A DNA stretch of 64,000 nt from Spirochaetales bacterium. GTDB lineage: Bacteria > Spirochaetota > Spirochaetia > UBA9216. Below are positions 47,442-58,600 of this stretch, in pieces; positions within the stretch are counted from its first letter, which is position 1, and each line of letters starts with the position of its first letter. The position numbers were made by a program, and so were the translations under genes. Location: positions 40,042 to 104,041 of the forward strand of contig JAEINK010000007.1 in the NCBI GenBank assembly GCA_016342585.1, read 5' to 3'. Below the pieces are notes generated by a model. The model was not told the origin of the DNA, searched no databases, and saw only the letters and a list, made by a program, of their open reading frames with translations.

Positions 47442-48531
47442 TTACTTTTTCTCCATTTTCTGATTTAATCTCGATCCCATTACCTTTCGGAATAATTTCT
47501 GAAACTTTTCCAAAGTTCCCGGGAATTTTAACCAAACCCTGAATGTAACGTACTTGGAAATCCTCCTTCCCTGTGAGTTTCTGGAAGGTTTTTATGCCCT
47601 GTCTGTTAATGTCGTTTTCCTCCACCGAGGCGGCGAGACCATGGGCCAGAAAGCTGCAGACATCCTCTACCCCTACACAGGAATTTCTGCCATTCCAGGG
47701 AGTCTGATGTCGTCCTCGGTTTTCAATCCAAACCAGTGTGGAGGGCAGGACCTTTGGATCTTTCAGTCCGAACCAGAGGTAGCCGTCCTCCGGGGCCGAT
47801 ACGGCCGACCAGGCAAAACCCGGGGCCTCTTCATTGAAGAGTTGAAGATGATCTATGAACCCATCCCGGGCAGGAAAAACCGAACAATCTGTATAGGGTT
47901 CATCTTTCCAGATAGTGGGTACCTTTTCGAGGTTTTTAAATTCTTCAGCCGGGGCCAGGGAGAAATATTCACCATTACGGAAGGGACCGGGGAGCCTGTA
48001 ATCGGTAATCCCGAATTTTATCGGTGATGTGCTAATATATTTTTTGGTACCGCCCGGGAATATGGGGTGGTGGCCAAGGGAGGTTGGTCCTGTGAATCCT
48101 TGAATTTTATGGCAGATATAGATGTTGTTTTCACCAGGTCTCAGGTCTATCTGTTTTATAATCTTGCCTTTTCTGGATTTTGTTTTTAATTGAAGTTCTA
48201 TTCGGCTTGTGTCTCCCCCGGATGTAAGCTGCCATTTTTCTTCGGAAACCTCACCGTGGGGCGGGTGGTGTTCGTTTTTCCAGGAGTTGTTTCCGCCAAA
48301 GGGCAGGCAGAAAAAATCACCCCTTATAGGCGTAAGGAGTCCAGGTTGGCCAGTCATATCGATCTTTTCTTCTGCCCAGGGGTTTATATAAAAAGGGTTA
48401 ACCGGTTTATCAGTATCCTTGAAAAAGGTGACGGGAGCCATCATTCCACCCATCTCTGTGAGGCTTAAACTGATTGTGTTGTTCACTATTGTCCAGCTTT
48501 TCTGTCCGGCTATGACTGATGAAATGATCAT
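47404..48531 (-). CDS. Hypothetical protein (possibly galactose-mutarotase-like beta-sandwich)
   Basis: 375-aa uninterrupted ORF. Segments such as GDFFCLPFGGN...HPPHGE loosely recall aldose-epimerase-superfamily proteins, so the family assignment is weak. Confidence 0.55.
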   Translation of the reverse strand: MIISSVIAGQKSWTIVNNTISLSLTEMGGMMAPVTFFKDTDKPVNPFYINPWAEEKIDMTGQPGLLTPIRGDFFCLPFGGNNSWKNEHHPPHGEVSEEKWQLTSGGDTSRIELQLKTKSRKGKIIKQIDLRPGENNIYICHKIQGFTGPTSLGHHPIFPGGTKKYISTSPIKFGITDYRLPGPFRNGEYFSLAPAEEFKNLEKVPTIWKDEPYTDCSVFPARDGFIDHLQLFNEEAPGFAWSAVSAPEDGYLWFGLKDPKVLPSTLVWIENRGRHQTPWNGRNSCVGVEDVCSFLAHGLAASVEENDINRQGIKTFQKLTGKEDFQVRYIQGLVKIPGNFGKVSEIIPKGNGIEIKSENGEKVTTKVDPGFLNLQ

Positions 48532-48624
48532 TGTATTTCTCCTATCGATTTTCCTGAAATAATTATACTGTATAAAGATTTCGGTTGTCTAATATGAATT
48601 ATTAATGAAAGGACCGAAAACCGC

Positions 48625-50133
48625 TTGTTTTGTCCTGCTTCTCCTATTACTCTGAAAAAAGAAAGCTTGGGAGATTGTAGATTCAGGGGTAAACTATTGA
48701 ATAATACCTTTAGCAGGGCAAGGATCGAAAAAGATTCAAATTTTGACGGTGAGTTTTTCTTTGCCGTTAAAACAACGGGGATCTTTTGCCGGCCTTCCTG
48801 TCCCGCCCCTGTCGCGCTTGAAAAAAATGTGGTCTATTTTAATTCTCTTTTCGAAGCCCTGGACGCCGGCTTTCACCCCTGTCACCGGTGCCGTCCCGAT
48901 ATTTCCCTTGAATATCACCGGGGGCATCTTGCCGGTGCGGATCGTATTCAGAGGGGATTGAAGTTAATCTTTGAGGGTTTTTTGAATTATCATTCGTTGG
49001 AGGAGCTTGCCCGCGAATTATTGGTATCTCCCCGTCATTTACGGACCCTGTTTAACGATAGACTTGGACTTCCTCCTGTAAAAATTGCCCGTTATCATAA
49101 GGCTTTGTTTGCTCGAAAGCTTATTATTGAATCCGACATGAAGATAACACAGGCGGCAATGGCCGCCGGGTTCAGATCTACACGACAATTTAATGAAACC
49201 TATCGCTCCCTGTTTGGAGAGTCACCGTCTACGAGTCGAAAAGGCACCCCTCGCAGGGGCAATATTTTTCTGTTGAAATACAGCAGGCCTTTTAATTTTC
49301 AGCAGATCCTTGAGTTTATGCGGCCCCGGGCGATAACAGGAGTGGAGATCATAACGAAGGATGAATTTACCCGGACTTTCAGGCTTGGTGTGGCAACCGG
49401 CTATTTTTCCGTGGTGGATAATACGGATCTCTCGGCCCTTGAGTTGCGAATTGTGACTGATGATCTGCCATGCTGTATGGAAATTTATTACCGGATAAGA
49501 CGGGTTTTCGATTTAGATACGGATTACTCCAGGATAAATCAGATGTTTTCCGATGACCCCATCCTCTCTTCGGGGATGCGGGGGGGATGTGTCCCGGGTT
49601 TGCCTGCAGCCTTCAACCCTTTTGAGTTTGCCATAAGGGCTGTTCTTGGTCAGCAGGTGACGGTAAAAGCGGCCACCACTCTGGCGGGCCGAATTGCGGC
49701 TGAAGCCGGGATTCAATGTGCAGATGGTTTTCCGGAGGGTTTGGCATATTTTTTTCCTAATCCTGCAGAATTATTAAAGACCGATATTCGCGCGCTTGGG
49801 ATTACCGGAACCCGGCAGGAAACCATACGGCGAATTGCCCATGCGGTGGTGGAAGACCGGCTGCGTTTTAATTCAGGCCAGTCTTTTGATGAGTTTAATG
49901 ATTCTTTTTCTTCCCTTAAAGGAATTGGTTCCTGGACTGTTAATTATGTGGCCATGAGGGGATTGGGAATGATTGACAGTTTTCCCGCCTCGGATTTAGG
50001 CATCATCAGGATCCTCTCTCCCCCGGATCAAAAGCTTCCGGAAAAAAAGATTCTTGAAATTGCGGAACGGTGGAGACCATACAGGGCCTATGCGGCGCTT
50101 TGCCTCTGGGAACGGTTTACGAATGGGAAATAA
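48625..50133 (+). CDS. Fusion of Ada N-terminal methylphosphotriester-sensor/AraC regulator with AlkA-type DNA-3-methyladenine glycosylase
   Basis: DGEFFFAVKTTGIFCRPSCP...HPCHRCRP is the Ada Zn(Cys)4 domain. It is followed by an AraC HTH, an AlkA N-terminal domain, and HhH-GPD (LKGIGSWTVNYVAMRGLG...D). The start codon is uncertain: TTG at 48625, with in-frame TTGs at 48667 and 48697. Confidence 0.8.
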   Translation: MFCPASPITLKKESLGDCRFRGKLLNNTFSRARIEKDSNFDGEFFFAVKTTGIFCRPSCPAPVALEKNVVYFNSLFEALDAGFHPCHRCRPDISLEYHRGHLAGADRIQRGLKLIFEGFLNYHSLEELARELLVSPRHLRTLFNDRLGLPPVKIARYHKALFARKLIIESDMKITQAAMAAGFRSTRQFNETYRSLFGESPSTSRKGTPRRGNIFLLKYSRPFNFQQILEFMRPRAITGVEIITKDEFTRTFRLGVATGYFSVVDNTDLSALELRIVTDDLPCCMEIYYRIRRVFDLDTDYSRINQMFSDDPILSSGMRGGCVPGLPAAFNPFEFAIRAVLGQQVTVKAATTLAGRIAAEAGIQCADGFPEGLAYFFPNPAELLKTDIRALGITGTRQETIRRIAHAVVEDRLRFNSGQSFDEFNDSFSSLKGIGSWTVNYVAMRGLGMIDSFPASDLGIIRILSPPDQKLPEKKILEIAERWRPYRAYAALCLWERFTNGK

Positions 50134-50146
50134 AGAGGGGGTGCGG

Positions 50147-50626
50147 ATGTACTACACAGAGTTTGATACAGACCTTTGCCGGATAATTCTTGCCGGGGAT
50201 GAAAACGGGTTAAGGCACCTCCACCTTAATACCGGGAAAGGGGCGGGCGCTTTTATCATCTATAATGATTGGGTTCATAATAATGAATTTTTTATAGAGG
50301 CTATCAAACAAGTAAATGAGTATCTGAAAGGGAAGCGGATGATTTTTGATCTGAAGCTGGCTCCCGAGGGAACTGAGTTTCAAAAGCGTGTCTGGGATGA
50401 ATTGTTGAAGATTCCCTATGGCGGCATCTGCGCATATGGAGAGATCGCCCGAAGAGTGGGACGACCGAAGGCTTCACAGGCGGTGGGGGCGGCAAATAGT
50501 AGAAACCCCATTCCCCTGATTATCCCCTGTCACAGGGTGATTGGCAGTACGGGCAAATTAACCGGTTATGCCTTCGGTCTGGATGTAAAAAAGAGGCTCC
50601 TGGAATTAGAATCCTCCTGCCTTTAG
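50147..50626 (+). CDS. ogt: Methylated-DNA--protein-cysteine methyltransferase
   Basis: Active site IPCHRVIG, plus FQKRVWDELLKIPYG and SYGEIA-like YGEIARRVG. The ATG at 50147 follows agaggggg. Confidence 0.9.
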   Translation: MYYTEFDTDLCRIILAGDENGLRHLHLNTGKGAGAFIIYNDWVHNNEFFIEAIKQVNEYLKGKRMIFDLKLAPEGTEFQKRVWDELLKIPYGGICAYGEIARRVGRPKASQAVGAANSRNPIPLIIPCHRVIGSTGKLTGYAFGLDVKKRLLELESSCL

Positions 50627-50649
50627 AGTCCTTCCCGTTAGAGGTACCC

Positions 50650-51456
50650 TCACTTCAAAGACTGGCCCCGGCTGGAATGGCAATTATTCCTGCCCCCCTT
50701 TTTTTCCTTCTCATTGAATTTCTCTTTGATGATATTCATGGGGTTTGGCAGATCATGCTTATGTTCGAGCAGCCTTTCGCGTAAACCATGACCATGCTCC
50801 CCATGGAAAGGAAGGAGGAAGTGGGTCCGGTTCTTGAGTCCTGATGTGATCCTGTCCCGGAGTTCGAGTTTGAATTTTTCATAATCGACACTCCATTTTT
50901 CCTCCGAATCAATGACAAAGGTCTTTATGCGGCTGGCCAGGTTGAATGAGGACCATAGATCCATGGCAAATATACCGGCATAGATTCCCACAAAAAATGA
51001 GAGTTCCAGATTATTCACAAGGAAAAGAATATTCCGTTCAAGAACAGGATAGATGAAATAATAAAACAAGGTCCCCAGGATCCCCCAGAGGAGAGAGTAG
51101 AAGGGGCATATAATCCCCCGAATATTCCCTTTATTTTTGGTATAATCCCAAAGCTGAATTTTGAAATACTTTATAAAAATTAAACCGGCCATATACTCCA
51201 GAAGGGTCAGTACTACCAGAAAGAGGGGAATGAGATAATATATTTCCAGATTCAGGGTACAGATAAGATAGAGCACTACCGTTCCAAAACCATAAAGGGG
51301 AAGCCAGGGGCCACTTAAAAATCCCGGGTTGATCCATCTTCGGGCTTTGCCGGCATACTTTCGCCAGATAACCTCTATGACCCAGCCGGTCATGGTGCCG
51401 AACATGAATAGAAGAATAAATTTTAGTATAGATAAGATAATTGCGTGGTAATCCAT
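50650..51456 (-). CDS. Polytopic membrane protein of the putative ABC-transporter type IV (CmpB/PF06541-like) family
   Basis: TGWVIEVIWRKYAGKARRWINPGFLSGPWLPLYGFG is the family signature as I remember it. Multiple TM helices. Confidence 0.6.
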   Translation of the reverse strand: MDYHAIILSILKFILLFMFGTMTGWVIEVIWRKYAGKARRWINPGFLSGPWLPLYGFGTVVLYLICTLNLEIYYLIPLFLVVLTLLEYMAGLIFIKYFKIQLWDYTKNKGNIRGIICPFYSLLWGILGTLFYYFIYPVLERNILFLVNNLELSFFVGIYAGIFAMDLWSSFNLASRIKTFVIDSEEKWSVDYEKFKLELRDRITSGLKNRTHFLLPFHGEHGHGLRERLLEHKHDLPNPMNIIKEKFNEKEKKGGRNNCHSSRGQSLK

Positions 51457-51526
51457 AGATCTAATTTATAGATAATGATCTGGAATATAGTCAAGAGGAA
51501 CTTTATAATAAGAGCCGGAGGCGAAG

Positions 51527-52618
51527 ATGGATAATTCAAAAAAGCTTAAAGTGATTATTATAATTGTTGCGGTCACTATCCTGATCGTTCTATTACTTAT
51601 AATCCCCCCGGCACTTGCCAAACAACGTCGCTTAAAGGAGATTTATATTGACCTCTCTGATTTGGATCCCGTCGACTCATTATTTTTTACTGAACTCGAT
51701 CTGTTTTTAGAGAATAATTCCATAGATTTAATTAACGAGGCCGAATCAAACCTTTACATTTTAAATGGTACCGAAATCTCCACATTAGAAAATTCAGACC
51801 TTTCCATAAAAAGGGCTAATTTAAATTCTGATAGATCGAATTTTATTGCCTTTAACTCCTATGTTTTGATTGCCGACACCCGATGGGGACAGTCTCCCAC
51901 CAAAAACAGAGGAGCGAGTATCAGTCAATTGAATGACTGGCTTGTTAATTTAAACCCGTCAATTTCGCCATCCGTAATCGTAGCCGGGGATGAAGAGGAA
52001 GATTTTGCGGCTTTTATTCTGTATTTAGCAGGAGAATTGCTTGAGGATTCATCATTTCATCAACTTATCGACTATCTTCATGAAGGAAATTCGAATAATG
52101 AAAATGATTCGAATTGGCTGGTACAATTAGAACCTGTATTGAACCAGATAAACAATTGGCGCAATAAGGGCATTCTTGCCGCTAATTGGACCAATTGGGA
52201 TTTCATTGCCCTGGAAAATACTATGGAAACCGGGAAGGCACCACTGACCTTTGAGCTCCGCAGCAGATATAAAGCGATGGACTGGAATAGTCGCTTCCAT
52301 CTGGAGAGTCATCCTCTTCCCATGGGAGCCGGGCAAAACCAATCAATTTTGTCAGGTCAGGCAATTGTTCTGGAAGAAGGATTTGGAGTACGAGCAGATA
52401 TCCATTCATCTTTTACTAAAAAATTACAGAACAGTGCCTTTCAGGAAACCATTGAAGAGGGAACCAACTGGAGTCCGGTCAGCATCCCGGCTAAACTATT
52501 GAACAGGGAACATCGCGATATCGTTCGTCTGTATGAAAGTGCCACCTTTTTTAATTTGATAACAACAGAATTGGCCATGCATCCCCTCTTTGAGAGGATG
52601 CATATAGCCTTAAGGTAA
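51527..52618 (+). CDS. Membrane-anchored hypothetical protein
   Basis: 363 aa with a single N-terminal TM helix (VIIIIVAVTILIVLLLIIPP). The remainder is unassigned. RBS ggagg upstream. Confidence 0.6.
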   Translation: MDNSKKLKVIIIIVAVTILIVLLLIIPPALAKQRRLKEIYIDLSDLDPVDSLFFTELDLFLENNSIDLINEAESNLYILNGTEISTLENSDLSIKRANLNSDRSNFIAFNSYVLIADTRWGQSPTKNRGASISQLNDWLVNLNPSISPSVIVAGDEEEDFAAFILYLAGELLEDSSFHQLIDYLHEGNSNNENDSNWLVQLEPVLNQINNWRNKGILAANWTNWDFIALENTMETGKAPLTFELRSRYKAMDWNSRFHLESHPLPMGAGQNQSILSGQAIVLEEGFGVRADIHSSFTKKLQNSAFQETIEEGTNWSPVSIPAKLLNREHRDIVRLYESATFFNLITTELAMHPLFERMHIALR

Positions 52619-52627
52619 ACGGTTTTT

Positions 52628-55600
52628 CTATGGCGTTTCATCCAGTAAAATCGCTTCCTCAATTGTCGAGCCATTATAACCGACGATGATTTGCCCTGCC
52701 AAAGCTGTTGTTGAGTCGGTCTCAATAAATGAGGGATTCTGCCCCGGTGCTGTAGTCGAGATAACAGTTAACACTTCCCAATTGCCTGTATAATTACCAC
52801 TCGATGGATCAGCCCCGTTTTCATAAGCCCATTCTTCCGGAGTATTTGTATCTACATAAGTTCCTTTTGCTGCAACGGGGTATGCAACTCTTAGAGAATA
52901 TTTAGTTCCCCCATAGGACAAGGAGTAAGAACTGATAGTCGGTCGATAATCGGTCCCTGCAGTATCATCAAAATCCTTTATCACGATATCGTTATACATG
53001 CCATTGGTGAACAGAGCATCCACTGTTGATACTGAAATCTCGGCATCTGCAACATCGTAGGAAGATAAGTATGCATATTTCAGATTACTGTTGGTTCCAT
53101 CAAAATAACTTAGATGTATACCCCCAGCAGGATCGACATCCATGGCAACATACTGTCCGGCACCGGTATCGATCGCAGTGGTACGTGTGGTCCATGCTCC
53201 GGGAGAATTACCGGGATCAGTATTATAGGCAAGCTTTAACTCACCATTTTGTTCATCATAGTAGGCAATATAGGCATTGCCGTTTACATCATCCCAGGCC
53301 ATATCAAAGTATTGAGAATCAGCTCCACCGGTGGTTACTTCTGTTCGGGCAATACCTGCGTTTGGTGTTCGAATACCCACATCATATCCGGTACTTCCAT
53401 AATCATTGGTATCATCACTGAATTTCTCCAAATCACTCCACCATCTGGTATTCGTGCCATCACGAGCCAGACGTGTCGTATTTGTTACACCGGTACCGGT
53501 TTGAAAACTCCAGAAAACAATCGAACGTGATTCTGATGCCTGATCGAAATAAGCCACATAATTGGTAGTTCCCGTATCGCCGCCATCAACTTCCATTTGC
53601 AGGTTAATATAACGATTCATGACCACTTCACTGTAACTGCTATAGTTGTTATCATTTATAAACGATAAGTTCCCCAGTCCAAGTCGGTCTGTGCTGGTGT
53701 TTTGCCAGTTATAGGCAGCAGCTTCATATGCCTGGTCTTTTCCCCATTGAACCGAGCCATAATACTGCCATGCTGTTTGTCCGCTACTCCAGTTCATGTT
53801 ATGGAGGTAGATCCACATGGGGGTTCCGTCATCATTATACGCGAAATTCCCTCCTTTAATTGACCATGAATTTGTTAGCTGTGTACCGTTCAGATAAACC
53901 CTCTGTCCATTTTCTACATACATCCAGCTCATGTCGGTTCTTCCACTATTGGGAACCATAACAGCTTCGGTTTTACTGGTATAAGCGGTTGTATCGGTAT
54001 CCCAGAAGGCAAGATAGCGATCATCAGTTAGGTGCGGAGCAAAATCTGAGGGTTCCTGATTTTGGTCGAGAGCATCATTATTCGTTGAATTTATTGACCT
54101 TGTGCCATTAGTGATAATACTCAAGACACCGGATACCGTACTATCTTTTCGGGTATCTACCCACAGGAAATCGGTAGTATCCCAATCATCAATAGTCAGT
54201 GTTTCGGTACCAACATAAACTTCATTCGTACCGGTACCATCCGGATCAAGATTAAACCCGGTTATACGAATCAGATCCGTATTAATATCACTGGTTCCAA
54301 TGGAGTACGTACCACGAGCACTGCGTTTCAGATATTGAAGAGTTCCATTTTCAAAAACAGTTTGAACATCCGTGATATAGGGTACAACATCAACAATAAT
54401 TGAGTCTGCAGCAGTCCGTGGAGTAGATGCTTTATCGGATACAGTGAATGTTATATTTACATTATCGGCAACGACATCTGCCAATCTGGCGGAGTTCCAC
54501 TGAAAACTCCAGTTAAAACCTTCTCCATTATCCTGAGAGATATAGTAAGTATCTGTATCAATTGCGAAAGCCCAGTCAGCACCTGGATCGGCTAATGCCC
54601 CACCAGCCTGCGTATATATATCAAAAGCTGTGCCCCCGTTGTATCCTGGTATGGTTGCCTGTATTCGACCAATCTGCTGATTATCTTCAACCCTTCCTCG
54701 GAATATAATCGTCCCGGAAATATCAGCATCATCATCTGTCGTATCATTTCCACTGTCACCTGGATTCTGAATACCATTATCATATTGTGTCTGTGTTGCG
54801 TACTCAACATGGCCCAATCTTAATGGTGTTGCATCACCACTCATAGCAATATTGTCTTCATAATCTTCAACGGCCGGCGGCTCACCATTACCACCTGGAG
54901 CTGCCGTATGATCCCACTCTCCTGTATGAGCGCTATATTGTTGTCCCAGCGGTGCCGAATAAATGACAGGATCAATTTCATCCTCATTATCGATAGTCAC
55001 AGTAATGATGACTGTTTGAGACAGGTTCTCATCCGGATTATCACTGGCAGCATTTGTGCTATCAAAAACCTGTATACCAAAAGTGTAATTACTGTCACCA
55101 TCAGGGAAATTCGTCGCATTCGATGTATCTATAACAACTTCCGGATTAAGGAGATTAGTAGAACTGTTAAACTCCGTTGCAGAATACACATAAGGATCAA
55201 GCTCGGTACCAGTTCCTCCTGTTATTCGTTTAATTGAATACCGCAAAGTTCCATTCCCGGTATCAGCTATTGTATTTGCTTTGATTAATAATGCATCATT
55301 TACGGCTGTGTATCCAATTGTGCCATAACTGCTGAAATCGGATTTCTCACTTTCTCCAATAATTGGATCAAGACTACCATCTACGTCGCCATTAAGGTTT
55401 GTTCCGATGGTCAGTGAAGAAATCTCCGGTTTGTTATTTGCTATAAAAGCACTTAAAGTTGCTGGTTGGGAACCTGCCGTTCCCGCATCGGAATCATAAT
55501 AATTGCCAGCATCATCCTGGGCGATATAATGAATTGTCACGGAACCGTCATCTATCAGAGACGAGTCAATTTGACCTTCCCAGTTGTAAGTTCCGGATGA

Positions 55601-58600
55601 GAGGGATAAGTATTCTGGAATACCATCATCATCACCGGCAGAACCGTTATCATTTCCATCTTCAAGGGTATTATCAATAACCATTCGGTAGGCTGTATAA
55701 ACAGTATTGCCTTCATCGAGGACATCGGCTTCAGAAAAACCGGCAATTGGAGATGGATAGGTATTACCACTATCTTCATCATCATCCTGAAGAGGAATAA
55801 TTTCACCGTTAATATTTGTTAAATAGACGACAATGCGGTCAATACCGCTGATGAAGCCTTCATCTTTAACGGTTCCTTTAATACTGGCACTGGTTCCCAT
55901 AATTTCGGTATCTCCCGTATAGGTCAGTTCAGTTGGAACCTTATTATCAACATCAAAAGACAATGGATATTGATTTGTGTAGGGCGTTCCTGATGTCGTA
56001 TCTTCAGCAGTTAAGCGAACACTCATTGACCCTGCGCCATTGGGATATAATCCAGTTGCTTCGGTATCAATGGGAATGTTGACCCTGTAATAATAACCAG
56101 GGAATAGTTCACGTCCAGGATTAGTTATCGGATCACCATTTTCATCTTCCAAGTAATCGAAATATGTATCCTCTTCACCGAGAAAATCAACGGTCATATA
56201 CAGACCGCTTCCAGTATCCGTTTCGATCTTGCCAACTTCCTGGTTCGTTGTCTGGTTCAGATTGAGGTAATTCGCTGCACCCGAATCTTTGGTATCCCAA
56301 TCGTTTAAATTAAAAATTATGGTATTATCAAGAAGCGGTCCTTCGTTGCTGTATATAATTCTGGCAATATTACTTTCGTCATGAACAATACCAGTAAGAA
56401 TTACGGTATCTCCAACAGTTGCACCGCTTTCAAGATTCATTCCATCAAATTGCGGGAAAGCTTTATTAAAGGTGATAACCTGCTTGGTATCTTCGCTGTA
56501 ATCACTGTATACACCATCACCGGGGGTTACTTTATAGTCTTTGGCGCGAACCTTGAAACCCACATCCTGTGTCTCGCCAACACCACTCGGATTGAACTCA
56601 TTATTCTCATTCAACGAGATATTCCAGCTATCGGTTCCATTAACTAGATACCAGTAGACATCATCTGAGGTGTTTACTGGTGTACCCATATCATCGATTT
56701 CATCGAGGGTTCCCTCATCCCAGGTGTCGTAGGTGCCGTCATTCGAGATATCAATAGCAATCTGGACTTTCTCAATGTACTGTCCATCGGTTGCTGTTCC
56801 AAAAACCCGTACGAACCCGCCAACCGTATTACCATCTTCCGGGGATAGTACAGAGACTTCCGGACGGTCTTTTTTCGGGTCGATCTGCAGGGTATAGGAG
56901 GTTAAATAAGAAATATTTCCCGCAACGCCTTCACCGGCACTGTCAATCGTTCTGACATAGAAGGTAAAATCCCAAATATCTCCCCAGGTTTCACCGGCAT
57001 CTTCAACACCATCACCGTCAGTATCACCCTGGTTAACAGAAGAGGATTCGTTTGCATAGTTATTGATATTCGTAAACGTATGACTCCAACTCGTAGTCCC
57101 TGCAACCTCTACCCAGGTACTGGCTTCCAATGTTGCCGGTGAAGTGGGATCAATCTGTCGACCCAAACCAATTTTAACACTTTCAACACCGGCGCCACCG
57201 GTATTATCAATAGTCGTTCCCCCGATTGTCAGAGGACCAAATACGGTAGCATTGTTCACAGGCGTTGTGACTGAAATGGTGGGGGCTGTTTTATCTATAT
57301 TGATCTGTTTGGCTGTCAGATTAGTATTATTAACTGAATCGGTAGCCAATACATAAATTGTGTGGGAACCATCACCGAGACTGCTCTGATCAATTGTAAA
57401 ACTCCAATTTGCCGTATCTCCGGATATCGTTGTAGCCCCAGTGGAAAAATCATTGTTATCAATTTTGTATTTTAATGATGTGATAGATGTTTCATCGTCA
57501 CTTGTACCGGTAAAGGTAAAGGAGTTATTGGCTGACCATGTTATATTATCAGCGGGAGTGCTGTAGCTTACTTCCGGAATTTCAGTATCCAGTTTAAAAT
57601 CAATCTTGCCTGTATCTGTTCGGGAATAGTCGGTAGCGGAATAATCCTGACCGTTATTATCATCTGTATCGATGGTGCGAACCCTGATACTCCGTACTCC
57701 ATTTCCATTATTATTTAGGACAACCCGCCAATCGATATCGGTTTGACCGTAAGAACCACTTGTTAATACAACTGTTTCAGATCTTGAAGGCGCTGCGGTA
57801 GAGTTATCCTTATCCCATGTATCAACCAGGATAGTGGAAATTCCATCATCATCAATTACATTTCCGGTTATTGTTGTCGTTGTGATTGTCGAGCTTCCAT
57901 CTGTATCAATATTATTGATAGTAATTTCCGGATTATCCAGAGTTTGATCTGCCTGAAAGATAAGATCATGAACACCGCTGCCATAATCAACACCGCTGTT
58001 CCAAATATTCCCGGCATCATCGGTAACGATAGCCCTTAGGGTAAACTCATAAAGTCCTGAGCCTAAATCGTTAGCGTAGCTTAACAGGCTTGTATTTCTG
58101 GTATCAAAATCTGTAATTTCCCAATAATCAGTCCCAATAAGAGAACCCGTCGGGAGATCCATTTCAGCGTTGCCATTATTCACATCGACGATTTTAAAGG
58201 TAATTGACTGAACCCTATAATTATCACTGGTCTCACCACTTATGGTGATGATATTGTTCTGTGTATCTGCCGAAGTCTCCGGATCAAAGGAAGCCTCTGG
58301 CAATGTTTTATCAACATATATGCTGACACTGCTATTACGGGTAAAAGTCCCATCACTGGCCGTTAAAAATATTTCATATTCGCCGGTTCCAAATGATGTA
58401 TCAATATTTTGACTGAATGTTTTAGATGCAGTACCGTTAAAGTCAAAAATTGTTGTTGGTGCAATAATCTGTGAACCATTACGTTCAACCCGGTACTGTA
58501 AAGATTTTACTAATGTGTCATCCTGTACCGTTCCTGTAATTGAAAAATCTGCTGTCTGATAGCTCCCCGCTGCGGGAGATAAACCTATGAAGTCAGGTTC

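Noticed and set aside
52628-54400. A diversity-generating retroelement targeting the C-terminus of the giant protein.
   Set aside because: No reverse transcriptase gene is present, and I could not see a template or variable repeat pair downstream of or within the 3' end.
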